The notes beneath the pieces were generated by a model. That model worked only from the letters and a program-made list of their open reading frames with translations. It searched no databases and was not told the origin of the DNA. A program made the translations under genes and the position numbers. From the sequence record MK268344.1: DNA of 64,000 nucleotides; one strand, 5' to 3'. Numbering within the stretch: position 1 is the first letter of the stretch; each line of letters begins with the position of its first letter. Of this stretch, positions 20,040 to 29,963 are shown in pieces.

Positions 20040-20393
20040 ATGAAAGTCGGTGAACTTTTAGAGATTTTGAAACAATTACCACCACAAGCTGAGGTTGTAA
20101 TTCCAGTAAAATCCACATTAGATACTATTGGGCCAACCCCAAGCACTAAAATACATGCTGTATATAATGGTTTTGATTGGGATTCTGGGACTGTTCAAAT
20201 TTGGACTGATGACGTTTTAGTACGTTTCACACCAGAGCAGCTTGAAGCATTCAAAGTAATGCAAAATGAAGCTCGTATGGTACGCCGTTCTGCATGGGCT
20301 GAGGCTCGTAATAACGGTACAGACTATAATGCGGCAATGCATGACACAGAAAAAGATGTACACCCGTTGTTCAGGGTAACAAAGGATAAGTAA
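20040..20393 (+). CDS. Hypothetical protein
   Basis: MKVGELLEILKQLP phage-type N-terminus. Confidence 0.7.
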   Translation: MKVGELLEILKQLPPQAEVVIPVKSTLDTIGPTPSTKIHAVYNGFDWDSGTVQIWTDDVLVRFTPEQLEAFKVMQNEARMVRRSAWAEARNNGTDYNAAMHDTEKDVHPLFRVTKDK

Positions 20394-20935
20394 TGGTAAA
20401 AGATATTCAACAACTAATTTCTCAGATTGAAGAATTCCTTAGTGATAAAGAAGGATTCAGTACTGAAGTAACAAATAATAAATGTGTAATTAAGATTACC
20501 AATCCCGGTGATCGTGAAGTTCAATATGACGGTTATGAACTACTACTTTACACACTAGGTACACGTAAACTTGGAAGTGATATTGAACTAAATATTCATG
20601 ACACTGAAGATGGTAAGGTATTTGCAATTAATACTGAAGCTAAACTTGACCTACGTCAATATATGGCTGATGTGAATGCTGAACTATGCACAATTGATGA
20701 TGAAGACGTACAAAGTATTGTTGTATGTGATCAAACTGCGGAAGTTCCCCATCCTTATTGTGTACTAACGATTTTCAAAAACGGAAACTGGCTACGTCAA
20801 GATTTGACTATGGCAGAACTACTTTATGCAGCAACTCATGAACTAGTCATTGAGAAAGTTGATGGTGCGTATGTTTATCCTAAACTACGTGAGCTAGCAA
20901 ATCGTGTGATTTCCGAAGTCCAAGAAAATAAATAA
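20393..20935 (+). CDS. Hypothetical protein
   Basis: TAATG coupling. Confidence 0.7.
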   Translation: MVKDIQQLISQIEEFLSDKEGFSTEVTNNKCVIKITNPGDREVQYDGYELLLYTLGTRKLGSDIELNIHDTEDGKVFAINTEAKLDLRQYMADVNAELCTIDDEDVQSIVVCDQTAEVPHPYCVLTIFKNGNWLRQDLTMAELLYAATHELVIEKVDGAYVYPKLRELANRVISEVQENK

Positions 20936-20941
20936 AAAAAA

Positions 20942-20973
20942 CTTGGGACAAATCACTTATAATGTGATATAAT
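20942..20973 (+). promoter_or_regulatory. CTTGGGACAAA-class promoter (copy 3)
   Basis: Exact motif before tRNA-Thr. Confidence 0.8.
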
Positions 20974-21019
20974 ATAAGTATGATAAGGAATGTGTTTGTA
21001 TAATTATCCTTATCATTTT

Positions 21020-21092
21020 GCATCTGTAGCTCAGTTGGTAGAGCAAACGCCTTGTAAGCGTTAGGCCGCTGGATCGTACCCAGTCAGGTGCA
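21020..21092 (+). tRNA. tRNA-Thr(UGU), atypical T-loop, CCA not encoded
   Basis: AACGC-CTTGTAA-GCGTT; T-loop ATCGTAC; followed by CAA. Confidence 0.8.
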
Positions 21093-21110
21093 CAACATCA
21101 TAATTCAAAT

Positions 21111-21229
21111 ATTATTCTCAGCACCACAAATAAAGATATCAAAAGAAAGTATTTGCTTTATACAAATCTGATATTGATAAATGTGAGGCTTTGTCATCGT
21201 ATAATACGATGTGTAGAAGATATAATCCA
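21111..21229 (+). ncRNA. CAGC-motif tRNA-like element ending in CCA
   Basis: Terminal pairing, CAGCAC after the 5' strand, ATTTG-CTTTATA-CAAAT apical hairpin. Confidence 0.5.
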
Positions 21230-21342
21230 GCGTTGTTTAGTTTTTTCTCCTTTTTAGGCTAAACAACATTCCCTTTAATTTTGTTATTGACTTTTGCCCG
21301 AACATGTGTTACAATATGAACGGGCTTTCTTTTGGAGAAAAA

Positions 21343-21528
21343 ATGTCAAATATGATGAAGAAGTGGTTTGTAGGATTCTGTATTGCTCTTTACGTCCTAC
21401 TAGTAATGTTTAATGTAGTACCCGGAATGATATCGGCTCCCGATACTTTCCAAAACGTGCTCGGAATTGTAATCTTTGTATTCAGTTTTCCAGCAATCTA
21501 TGTAATTATCAAGAAGGTATTCAAATAA
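21343..21528 (+). CDS. Small 2-TM membrane protein (SPFH partner)
   Basis: ATG after GGAG; TAATG coupling to the SPFH gene. Confidence 0.7.
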   Translation: MSNMMKKWFVGFCIALYVLLVMFNVVPGMISAPDTFQNVLGIVIFVFSFPAIYVIIKKVFK

Positions 21529-22367
21529 TGTTCAAGAAAATTCTACTAGCAGTTGGTCTTATGGTTGGTGCACTAACCCTATCAGGTTGTGACCGTGTTG
21601 AACCGGGTTTTGTTGGTATTAAAGTCAACAAACTAGGTGATGATAAAGGTGTTGGTGAAGTTGTTGGTGTAGGTCGTGTATGGACTGGTATTAATACTGA
21701 CCTATACGTTTTCCCAATGTTCAAGCAAATGAAATCATATGATGATGTGTTTACATTCCAAATGCGTGACGGTACTACAATCGGTTATCATATTGGCGTT
21801 TCTTATAAAGTTGACCCAACTAAAGTTAAAACTGTTTTCCAAACGTATCGTAAAGGTGTAGATGATATTACTGATACTGACCTACGTATGAAAATCAGTG
21901 ATTCACTAACTAGCCTAGCTAGTAAAATGACTACTGACCAATTCATCGATGGTGGTAAAGCATCACTACTAGACAATGCACTAAAAGATCTACAAGCTGA
22001 AATGAATCCAATTGGTATTCAAATCATGAGTCTATCTTGGATTGGTAAACCAGAGTATCCACCAAGTGTTATTGATTCTATCAATGCTAAAGTAACGGCT
22101 AACCAAAAAACTCTACAACGTCAGCAAGAAGTACAGCAACGTGAAGCGGAAGCTAACATGAAACGTGCCGAAGCAGCAGGTGAAGCAGATGCTAAACTAC
22201 GTCTAGCACAAGCGGAAGCTAAGAGTATCGAAATTCTAGGTGAAGCACTACGCCGCAACCCAGATGTTAAAGAACTTAAAGCTATTGAGAAGTGGGATGG
22301 TAAACTACCCGGTATGATGGGTTCCCAAGCTGTACCATTTGTACAAATTCCAAATAATGCTAATTAA
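21528..22367 (+). CDS. SPFH/band-7 family lipoprotein
   Basis: Lipobox LTLSGC, VEPGFVGIKV, AEA-rich coiled coil, IEKWDGKLP. Confidence 0.9.
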   Translation: MFKKILLAVGLMVGALTLSGCDRVEPGFVGIKVNKLGDDKGVGEVVGVGRVWTGINTDLYVFPMFKQMKSYDDVFTFQMRDGTTIGYHIGVSYKVDPTKVKTVFQTYRKGVDDITDTDLRMKISDSLTSLASKMTTDQFIDGGKASLLDNALKDLQAEMNPIGIQIMSLSWIGKPEYPPSVIDSINAKVTANQKTLQRQQEVQQREAEANMKRAEAAGEADAKLRLAQAEAKSIEILGEALRRNPDVKELKAIEKWDGKLPGMMGSQAVPFVQIPNNAN

Positions 22368-22433
22368 CAATTTGTGAATTCCTAAGCTCCTTCAGATGAA
22401 GGGGCTTTTATTTTACCCATAGGAAATAACCTT

Positions 22434-22826
22434 ATGTTTGATGTGGAAAATTTTATTAGTTCTCTTGAAGTTTTTGCTAGTCAAGAATCAATCAATTATA
22501 CTATGATGAAAAAGAGTGTTGGTTGTACTAAACATCTAGAAATTGATTCTTTCTCATCTAAAATGAAAATACGAATTAAAAAAAATGATCCAGAACTAGA
22601 GTATGAGTTGATCTATGACCCAGATATGGATTGGATTATATATGGATGTAGAAAAACACGATATGTTTCCATTTATGGGGATTCAAGAAATATAGTATGT
22701 AGAAAATATTTTAAACAGATTAGTACTAAACATTATGAATATGTTACACCTGCGATCATAGAACTAATCAAACAACTTCATGAGCATATTATTATTTCAA
22801 TTAAACTTAGGGAAAGAAATGGATAA
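22434..22826 (+). CDS. Hypothetical protein
   Basis: 130-aa AT-rich ORF. Confidence 0.6.
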   Translation: MFDVENFISSLEVFASQESINYTMMKKSVGCTKHLEIDSFSSKMKIRIKKNDPELEYELIYDPDMDWIIYGCRKTRYVSIYGDSRNIVCRKYFKQISTKHYEYVTPAIIELIKQLHEHIIISIKLRERNG

Positions 22827-23244
22827 ATTTAAACAATATACAATACAACTATATAATAACTGTACAGAATTAATAGCCGATGTTCATCGCGGTCGTCGTA
22901 AATTTAGAAATATTTACGAATCAACACAAAAAGTGATCTTTGAAGACTTAGCTATGCGTACAGTGCAATTATCATCTAACGAGTTAGTACTTAAGTTTGA
23001 AAATATCTCAATATATTTCAGGGATAATATCATTCAGTTTTGTCTTAATCAGATTTCTTATGTTCATGATGTAATATACATACCGAACAACAAAGATTTT
23101 TCTTTTTATGAAATTTATAGCGAATGTGATCTATTTCAGTTAAGTACAGTAGTGGATACTAAATTAATCCGTTTCGAAGATATTGATTTATTGAATCGCA
23201 TCAAATCATATTTTGAATACCGCCATTTGGAAAATAATATTTGA
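22819..23244 (+). CDS. EEEYFQxST-motif paralogue
   Basis: SECDLFQLSTVVD. Confidence 0.7.
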   Translation: MDKFKQYTIQLYNNCTELIADVHRGRRKFRNIYESTQKVIFEDLAMRTVQLSSNELVLKFENISIYFRDNIIQFCLNQISYVHDVIYIPNNKDFSFYEIYSECDLFQLSTVVDTKLIRFEDIDLLNRIKSYFEYRHLENNI

Positions 23245-23289
23245 TTATACCCGGCACATATGCTATAGTGTATAAAAAAGGAGATATGT

Positions 23290-23748
23290 ATGAATATGCA
23301 AGAATACATGAAGTTGTTCACTGACGTTGATTTTTCAACGTGGACAATATTGAGAAATCGCAATAATAATATCATTTGGCTAAATCAGAATATTGATGGT
23401 TTAAAAATTCATATCAACCTCGCTAATGAACCGAGTGTCCGTTTTTATCAATTTAAAAAAGATGAAAAGAATGTCAGTACTGAACGTATGACAATAACAA
23501 ACAACTATATCAGATTTGAGGAAATGGTTGTTCACTATAATGAAGAAACTAAAAAACACACTAGTGAAGAAAACATTATTGCATACGTACCTAAGTACAA
23601 AGAAATATTTTCAGAAGAACAATTCTTCCAAGAAAGTCTAGTTAATGATTATGGTGATTTGGGATATAACGATATTCTAGTATTATCAGAACTAAGAGAC
23701 CGTGCGATTGATATTGCTAAGAAGGAATTAGAAAATGTCGGAGCATGA
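23290..23748 (+). CDS. EEEYFQxST-motif paralogue
   Basis: SEEQFFQESLVND. Confidence 0.7.
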   Translation: MNMQEYMKLFTDVDFSTWTILRNRNNNIIWLNQNIDGLKIHINLANEPSVRFYQFKKDEKNVSTERMTITNNYIRFEEMVVHYNEETKKHTSEENIIAYVPKYKEIFSEEQFFQESLVNDYGDLGYNDILVLSELRDRAIDIAKKELENVGA

Positions 23749-24283
23749 TATTATCAAAATGATTCCTAGTACTGCTAAAACTCTTCTCCGTAATATTTCA
23801 TTCAAGAAGATGAAACGTACTACCCGTCAAAAAGGTCGCTATTATTATCGTGGGAAACTATATGATTGTTTACGTGTAATTATTGATGTAAATGAACACA
23901 CGATTAAGTTTGCTCGTGAGTTGAAAGTTGGTTATGGTATGCGTAATGAATCATTGACATATGATTATAAGAATGGTACAGTACTAAAATACTTTCATGA
24001 ACCATCAGCCTATGATGCTGATTATAATAAAGTACAATACCCTTTTATTGATGATGAAGCCATGCATTTTATGGAAAGCACAATGCAAGATAAGTACTTT
24101 CCAACGGTAGAAGACTTTGCTAAAATAAAAGAACTTAAAGAACATTTTTATGAGGATGCAAAAGCATGGGAGAACGAACTTTACCAGAAAGAACAGGAAC
24201 GACGAAAGAAGAGTTGGAACGAATGGCAAGCCAAATTAAAAGTAATCCAGAAGAAATCATCGGGAAAGCATACATCCTTCTAA
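23735..24283 (+). CDS. EEEYFQxST-motif paralogue with charged tail
   Basis: DDEAMHFMESTMQD. Confidence 0.65.
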   Translation: MSEHDIIKMIPSTAKTLLRNISFKKMKRTTRQKGRYYYRGKLYDCLRVIIDVNEHTIKFARELKVGYGMRNESLTYDYKNGTVLKYFHEPSAYDADYNKVQYPFIDDEAMHFMESTMQDKYFPTVEDFAKIKELKEHFYEDAKAWENELYQKEQERRKKSWNEWQAKLKVIQKKSSGKHTSF

Positions 24284-24612
24284 GGAAAGATTTGGAGATG
24301 CCTGAAGGTAAACTTGCTGCTCAAGCTGGACACGCTATGGATCTGCTATGGGATTATATGCGTACTGACGCCAGTGATGAAGAAATTGAAGAGTTTGATA
24401 AGTGGCATGATTCAGGTCGTCGTAAAATTATCTTGCGTTTAAAAGACGAAAGTGATATGATTAAGATTAATAATAAACTCATCGAAGAAGGGTTTAAACC
24501 GCATCTAATCTACGACTACGGAATTAACTTCTTTGATGGTTTGACATTCACTGGTTTAGTACTACTCAGTACTAAAGAAGTTAAAACATTAAAACGTGTG
24601 AGGGTTTACTAA
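24223..24612 (+). CDS. Peptidyl-tRNA hydrolase, PTH2 family
   Basis: ILLRKDLEMPEGKLAAQAGHA, W...GRRKIILR, IYDYG. Confidence 0.85.
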   Translation: MASQIKSNPEEIIGKAYILLRKDLEMPEGKLAAQAGHAMDLLWDYMRTDASDEEIEEFDKWHDSGRRKIILRLKDESDMIKINNKLIEEGFKPHLIYDYGINFFDGLTFTGLVLLSTKEVKTLKRVRVY

Positions 24613-24986
24613 TGAGACTTGAACGTCATGGCGGATTTTTTATTGGGTTTCTTTTAGCAATTTGGGTAGTTGGTAACATTACACATTATGCAATTGATGT
24701 ATTAGCACCAAATGAGGAATTGTTTAAAAAAGCTAAACGTGAAAACAAACAGTTTGAAACATTACGTAATGATAGTGGTTTGTACGCTGAAGTACTAGAG
24801 CTAATCAAAACATGTAATGTTAATGTTGAAGAAAAGACTGGTAATAAATTTTATATTTGTCCTAATGGTGAAAAGATTACCCAAATTAATTGGGAACGCG
24901 ATCAAAAGACACGTGTCGGTGTAGTAACACGCTATTATGATAACAAAGGTAATTTACGTTTAATATACGGTCATCCAGACGATTAA
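24612..24986 (+). CDS. Membrane-anchored hypothetical protein
   Basis: N-terminal TM helix, TAATG coupling. Confidence 0.65.
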   Translation: MRLERHGGFFIGFLLAIWVVGNITHYAIDVLAPNEELFKKAKRENKQFETLRNDSGLYAEVLELIKTCNVNVEEKTGNKFYICPNGEKITQINWERDQKTRVGVVTRYYDNKGNLRLIYGHPDD

Positions 24987-24995
24987 GGATAAAAT

Positions 24996-25289
24996 ATGTT
25001 TAAAGAAATTAAACACAACACAAAAGAACACATTAGTGAAAATTTACTATATCATCCAGCAGAAGTTATGGTCAAAACCACATCTGGTTATAAAGTACTA
25101 CCACTATATGTACGGGAAAGCAATGGACATGTTTACGCAAAGAATGGTCAATTTTACATTGCACTTATGAAGCAAAGCATCACAAGCAACTCAAAAATTA
25201 CATGGGTTGAGCTAGATGGGCTTGACGAAGTGTATGAAAAATGTTATCTTGTATATAAATCTGACAAAGGCGAAGCCGTTAAGGAGTGA
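24996..25289 (+). CDS. Hypothetical protein
   Basis: AAGGA RBS. Confidence 0.7.
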   Translation: MFKEIKHNTKEHISENLLYHPAEVMVKTTSGYKVLPLYVRESNGHVYAKNGQFYIALMKQSITSNSKITWVELDGLDEVYEKCYLVYKSDKGEAVKE

Positions 25290-25480
25290 GTATGAAAAAG
25301 ATTCAAAGTACTGAAAAGTACACACTAAATTGCAATGAGCTTGATGAATTACTTCGTGAAAAACACTTTACAGACCTAGCACCAAATGCTAAAATAACCA
25401 TCGAACCTGAATATGATTCGTATTATGATGCTAATGTTTTCCGTGGACTTAAAATCACAGTAGTAACCGAAGGAGAGTAA
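25286..25480 (+). CDS. Hypothetical protein
   Basis: AAGGAG RBS. Confidence 0.65.
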   Translation: MSMKKIQSTEKYTLNCNELDELLREKHFTDLAPNAKITIEPEYDSYYDANVFRGLKITVVTEGE

Positions 25481-25482
25481 TA

Positions 25483-25734
25483 GTGGCTAATGTTGTTCGT
25501 GCTCGTAAAATGATAAGTGGTGATGATCTTCGTATTCTTAACAATTATCGTGCCATCTTTCAGAAACTTTGTGCTGGTGTTCATATGACAATTGTTACTG
25601 ATACGGTACAAGAACCTGAAGCAGTGTTTGGTAACTATGCTAAAGTGTTCAATATGTATATCAAGCGTGGACAACTTGACCTTATTACAATTGCTGAAGC
25701 ACCAGACGATTTAGAAAACTTTTTCTTCCTGTGA
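25483..25734 (+). CDS. Hypothetical protein
   Basis: GTG start after GGAG. Confidence 0.65.
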   Translation: MANVVRARKMISGDDLRILNNYRAIFQKLCAGVHMTIVTDTVQEPEAVFGNYAKVFNMYIKRGQLDLITIAEAPDDLENFFFL

Positions 25735-25796
25735 GGATGTTATGAAAGAACCGTTAGACCGTGATGACGATTTCCTTGATGAACGTTATGGAGAAG

Positions 25797-26288
25797 ATGA
25801 TGAGTAAATTACTAACCTTACCGGAAGTTCTGAAAGAATTTAATAATTACTTAGATTCTAATCCACCATTTGAAAACCATTCAAATGGTAACATTTCTGC
25901 TTTTTTGAAAAATAGTTCCATTTTTAAAGGGTATGATGATATAGTTGAAGTGTTTGGATGTGACAGATATATGCGTATTAAATTACGTAATCCAGAAATT
26001 CTAGTAGAATATCAATTAGATATGATGCCTTGGAGTAATGGATTTAATTTTAAATGTTGGCACGATGGGTCTGATAGTGAATGTCCGTGGACACCAAAAA
26101 CCAATCCAAATCGTTCGTCCTTCTATATTGAAACGGAAGAAGAATACTTTCAATTGAGTACCGTAAAAAATCTCAAAGATTTAACATTGGAAACCATTAC
26201 TTCAGTTAAAAAGTTACAAGATCGTTTATTTGAATATTACAACATTGTACCTGATACCACAATTTATGGAGACAGTAATGGAAAATAA
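25797..26288 (+). CDS. EEEYFQxST-motif paralogue
   Basis: TEEEYFQLSTVKNL. Confidence 0.75.
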   Translation: MMSKLLTLPEVLKEFNNYLDSNPPFENHSNGNISAFLKNSSIFKGYDDIVEVFGCDRYMRIKLRNPEILVEYQLDMMPWSNGFNFKCWHDGSDSECPWTPKTNPNRSSFYIETEEEYFQLSTVKNLKDLTLETITSVKKLQDRLFEYYNIVPDTTIYGDSNGK

Positions 26289-26661
26289 ACCGGAGTGGTT
26301 AAAAAAGGCACTGGAATATATTGATAGTTTAAGTCCAGAAGAACTTTATGAAAGTGTATATGGATTTAAAAAAGATGACTTTGAACAGTACTGTACGGAT
26401 AAAACCTATGAGTTTGAAGCACAGTACGTGATAGATGCCATGAATAAACTTGGTGTTAAAGAAATTAATATTTATAATGGTGATATTCAGCCACCAAGTA
26501 ACATGTTTTTCCATTACCTACGTGAGTTTGCTGAAAGTGGAACTGATTTGGAGTTCTGGAATGGATGGGGTGCTGATACGCTAGATGTTCCCGGCTTCAA
26601 CCTACGTTATCTTTGGGTCAATGGACAGGGTACAGAGCATTTCTTTCAGATAATTGAATAG
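26278..26661 (+). CDS. Hypothetical protein
   Basis: ATG after GGAG; WVNGQGT motif. Confidence 0.7.
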   Translation: MENKPEWLKKALEYIDSLSPEELYESVYGFKKDDFEQYCTDKTYEFEAQYVIDAMNKLGVKEINIYNGDIQPPSNMFFHYLREFAESGTDLEFWNGWGADTLDVPGFNLRYLWVNGQGTEHFFQIIE

Positions 26662-26669
26662 GGGTTGAT

Positions 26670-27029
26670 ATGGAACTACACGATGAACATGTTATCGCTT
26701 ATAGTATTGAAAAATTAAAACAAATGTTTGGTGGTAAAACCCCATATGAACACAAACAGGATTCACTCTTTCGTCAATCTAAAGCAGAGAAAGAATTTTG
26801 GGATACCGAACCGTCTGTAGGTGATCGTGTTCATTTCCGTAGCAAAAGTGTAGTGAACGATAGTGTATTTGAGGGATATGGCGAAGTACTAAGTATTATT
26901 GTAAAAGACTATTTCACTCATTATGCACTTTATAGAATTAAAGCCGATCATGGTATGAACTATGAAGCGTACTTAAATGATCCAAATGACGTAGAACCAA
27001 AGGAGTTTATTAAACATGCCGAAAAATAA
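26670..27029 (+). CDS. Hypothetical protein (SH3-like C-terminal half)
   Basis: VGDRVHF pattern. Confidence 0.65.
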   Translation: MELHDEHVIAYSIEKLKQMFGGKTPYEHKQDSLFRQSKAEKEFWDTEPSVGDRVHFRSKSVVNDSVFEGYGEVLSIIVKDYFTHYALYRIKADHGMNYEAYLNDPNDVEPKEFIKHAEK

Positions 27030-27225
27030 TGTATATTTTGTAGGGTACAACACTCTTAATAAAGAAGTGTTTAAAGAAACCATGAATACATATCGTGCAG
27101 ATACCGAAGATGCCATGCAAAAAGAATTTGGTTCAGATTGGAAAGAAGTACGTCCGTATCTAATTATTACAAAATGCAAGGTGGTAGTTGATGAGCAAAG
27201 TGAAGATCAAGGGAACAGTAACTGA
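27016..27225 (+). CDS. Hypothetical protein
   Basis: AAGGAG RBS. Confidence 0.65.
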   Translation: MPKNNVYFVGYNTLNKEVFKETMNTYRADTEDAMQKEFGSDWKEVRPYLIITKCKVVVDEQSEDQGNSN

Positions 27226-27523
27226 AGTTAAACCAGTAGAAATTGATATTCATATTGGAGAATTAGTTAAATCTGCTATTCCTCATATGACAATTGAAGA
27301 TGTAGAAAAAGTATTACGCATCTTAGTTGAACAAAAATTTCGTGAAAATGATCCTACAATCCCAAAAGATGCAGAAATGAATCTTTATTTTAAATTGTGG
27401 GAAAAATATAGCTTCACCGATTATCATAAGAATGAAGATGTATATTCTACTGTTCGTAAATTTAACGAAGAAGAATTGCAGTACTTGATTGCGATTGAAG
27501 CTATAATGTCTGTATTCAAATAA
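27188..27523 (+). CDS. Hypothetical protein
   Basis: Coupled ORF. Confidence 0.65.
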   Translation: MMSKVKIKGTVTEVKPVEIDIHIGELVKSAIPHMTIEDVEKVLRILVEQKFRENDPTIPKDAEMNLYFKLWEKYSFTDYHKNEDVYSTVRKFNEEELQYLIAIEAIMSVFK

Positions 27524-27543
27524 TGCCGCCATGCGGCATTTTT

Positions 27544-27575
27544 CTTGGGACAAAATCAGGTTCATGTGATATAAT
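27544..27575 (+). promoter_or_regulatory. CTTGGGACAAA-class promoter (copy 4)
   Basis: Exact motif before tRNA-Arg. Confidence 0.8.
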
Positions 27576-27583
27576 ATAATTAT

Positions 27584-27660
<77 letters not shown>

Positions 27661-27674
27661 CATAAGGAATAACA

Positions 27675-28163
27675 ATGAGCAATATGTTACCTAAAACACA
27701 GATGAAACAATTTCGAGCATTGAAAGATCATCTCGTGACAAAGTTGTTTAATAATTATCTTCAAGAATTAGAAGATGCAAGTACATATGAATATACTGAT
27801 GTACGACCACGTAAAGCCAATCAATTCTACGCAAAATACAGCGGAGATGACAGTACTTATTATATGGAAATGGAATATAGAAAAGTACTAATGTGTGTAT
27901 TTTACGATTTTACTGAACCAGACCATATTGAATTTCAATTCTCAACTAAATGGACGGATGACGAATTGGAGGAAGCTGAACCAGAGTTTTATCTACCACT
28001 TGACATTGATGATGAGGGTGAATTTTTTCAACAGTCATTGATTGATAATTTTTATTTCTTAACTCATGATACCTATAAAGATGTATTATCTTTTATAATG
28101 GAAATCCACCACGAGGTAACTGATCTTGTCGAAGAACATAATAAACTTTATTCGATGTGCTAA
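27675..28163 (+). CDS. EEEYFQxST-motif paralogue
   Basis: DEGEFFQQSLIDN. Confidence 0.75.
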   Translation: MSNMLPKTQMKQFRALKDHLVTKLFNNYLQELEDASTYEYTDVRPRKANQFYAKYSGDDSTYYMEMEYRKVLMCVFYDFTEPDHIEFQFSTKWTDDELEEAEPEFYLPLDIDDEGEFFQQSLIDNFYFLTHDTYKDVLSFIMEIHHEVTDLVEEHNKLYSMC

Positions 28164-28536
28164 GGTTTTATTAGATAAAGAAACTAAAGACGAGCTATAT
28201 CGCATGATTAATGACGAATTTATTCCTCTTGTTGATTTGGATGATAATTCGTATGTGTATTGTGATAATTCAGTTATTACGTATACCTATACCTTTAATG
28301 ATGGAAGTGGTGGTCGTTGTTACTTAACAATTACAAGTGATAGAAAAATTCGTGTTGGTATTAATTTGGATGGATCTGTAAATTTTCCTCTTATAACAGC
28401 TAACTTCCATTTAGATGATCACAAAACAGAAGAAGATTTATTCATGCTCAGTACTGTCCAAGATAATCTTGGAGTAGAGATAAGTGATTTGTCTCTATTC
28501 CATTCAATATGGGAATCATATTATGAGACTAAGTGA
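28126..28536 (+). CDS. EEEYFQxST-motif paralogue (start uncertain)
   Basis: TEEDLFMLSTVQD. Confidence 0.65.
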   Translation: MSKNIINFIRCAKVLLDKETKDELYRMINDEFIPLVDLDDNSYVYCDNSVITYTYTFNDGSGGRCYLTITSDRKIRVGINLDGSVNFPLITANFHLDDHKTEEDLFMLSTVQDNLGVEISDLSLFHSIWESYYETK

Positions 28537-29026
28537 TAAGGTAGCTATTCTTTATGGTGATTTGAATAATCCTGAAACTACCAGTAGATATCATCCTATG
28601 GAATATGCAGGTAATTATAATAAAATAAACAATTTCTCTTACGTCGATTGCGATGATAATTTACTATACATCCATATTTCTCCGTGTGCATCAATTACAC
28701 CAACACACATTGTTGTATTTGATAAAGAAACCGGTGAAGATTTATATGTATATGAATATCTAAGTATGACAGAAGAAGAGTACTTTCAGTTAAGTACTAT
28801 TCATGATTTTGAAGATAATACGTTCGAGGATATTGAATTCGTAAAACGTCATATATCTAATTTAGTTAAATTGTCAAATAGATTTCATGCGATTATGCGT
28901 GAGAAAAGATTAAAATCTGTTGATGTATTACATGAAATTATGGCTAATCAAATGGCACGTATAACGAATGAAAGTTTAACAAACACTCTTGTTGGATTAT
29001 TTGACTCAATGCAACCAAAGAAATAG
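28523..29026 (+). CDS. EEEYFQxST-motif paralogue
   Basis: TEEEYFQLSTIHDF. Confidence 0.75.
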   Translation: MRLSDKVAILYGDLNNPETTSRYHPMEYAGNYNKINNFSYVDCDDNLLYIHISPCASITPTHIVVFDKETGEDLYVYEYLSMTEEEYFQLSTIHDFEDNTFEDIEFVKRHISNLVKLSNRFHAIMREKRLKSVDVLHEIMANQMARITNESLTNTLVGLFDSMQPKK

Positions 29027-29035
29027 AGGAATTCT

Positions 29036-29425
29036 ATGTATCAATTAGAAGTATTATATAGTACTGGTAACACGTTCGGTACTCATGATGAAGAACGTGT
29101 AATCGATGATGTTGTATTCGCTGATATTGAAAGTGCCAAAGAAGCATTACAGTTCATCAGTCAGCATAAGAAAATGAATGATGAACTAAAATATGAACGT
29201 GATGACACCAAGCGTAAGTTGATGAAGTTGGATATTGAATCTAAACCGTGGGCGGTTAAATCACGTTTTAGTAGTGATTATGAGTTTGCCTTAAAGGTTC
29301 GAACATCAAAGGATTCAACAGAATGGACTGAAATCTATGCATTCTGGATGGGATATTTCGAAACTTTATATGAAGTTCGTATTATTGATGCTGGACGTGA
29401 CGAATTATCCATCAGTTTCCGTTGA
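29036..29425 (+). CDS. Hypothetical protein
   Basis: GAGG RBS; YSTGNTF and FWMGYFE motifs. Confidence 0.7.
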   Translation: MYQLEVLYSTGNTFGTHDEERVIDDVVFADIESAKEALQFISQHKKMNDELKYERDDTKRKLMKLDIESKPWAVKSRFSSDYEFALKVRTSKDSTEWTEIYAFWMGYFETLYEVRIIDAGRDELSISFR

Positions 29426-29488
29426 CAGTTACAAAAATCTTTAGTATAATGGCCTCCTTGATTGGGGGCTTTTTCATTTGGAGATGAA

Positions 29489-29944
29489 ATGAACACAGTA
29501 TTAACTTACTTACGAACGATGAATCATCCTACCACGTTAGATGCAATACGTAAGTATCGTGGTGATCCCAAGTGGAGGACGCACACTTATTGGACACGTG
29601 CCAGTACTGAATTACTGTTCCGCATGTTTACCCATGCAAACATTGAAGGTATGGATGTGCAGTTATCCTTCCATCAAGGACAGGAAAAATATATGTTTCA
29701 TTTGTTTGAAGATGAATTTATAATGAAACGCTATAGAGTGGATGGAAAATATGCAGAGATTGTTACACCTAAAACTTTAGGTGAAGTAAATCAAGTTGCA
29801 ATAATCACCCATGCATATACGGATTTTGAAGAACTAATTTTTCAGGAGTCACTATTAAATGACTTGGGGATGTTCGGTACACAAGAAGCTGAACAACTTT
29901 TAAAACTTCGTAATAATATTTTTGGAGAAAATCTTGATTCCTAA
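29489..29944 (+). CDS. EEEYFQxST-motif paralogue
   Basis: FEELIFQESLLND. Confidence 0.7.
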   Translation: MNTVLTYLRTMNHPTTLDAIRKYRGDPKWRTHTYWTRASTELLFRMFTHANIEGMDVQLSFHQGQEKYMFHLFEDEFIMKRYRVDGKYAEIVTPKTLGEVNQVAIITHAYTDFEELIFQESLLNDLGMFGTQEAEQLLKLRNNIFGENLDS

Positions 29945-29963
29945 ACCCAACAGTGGTATCATT

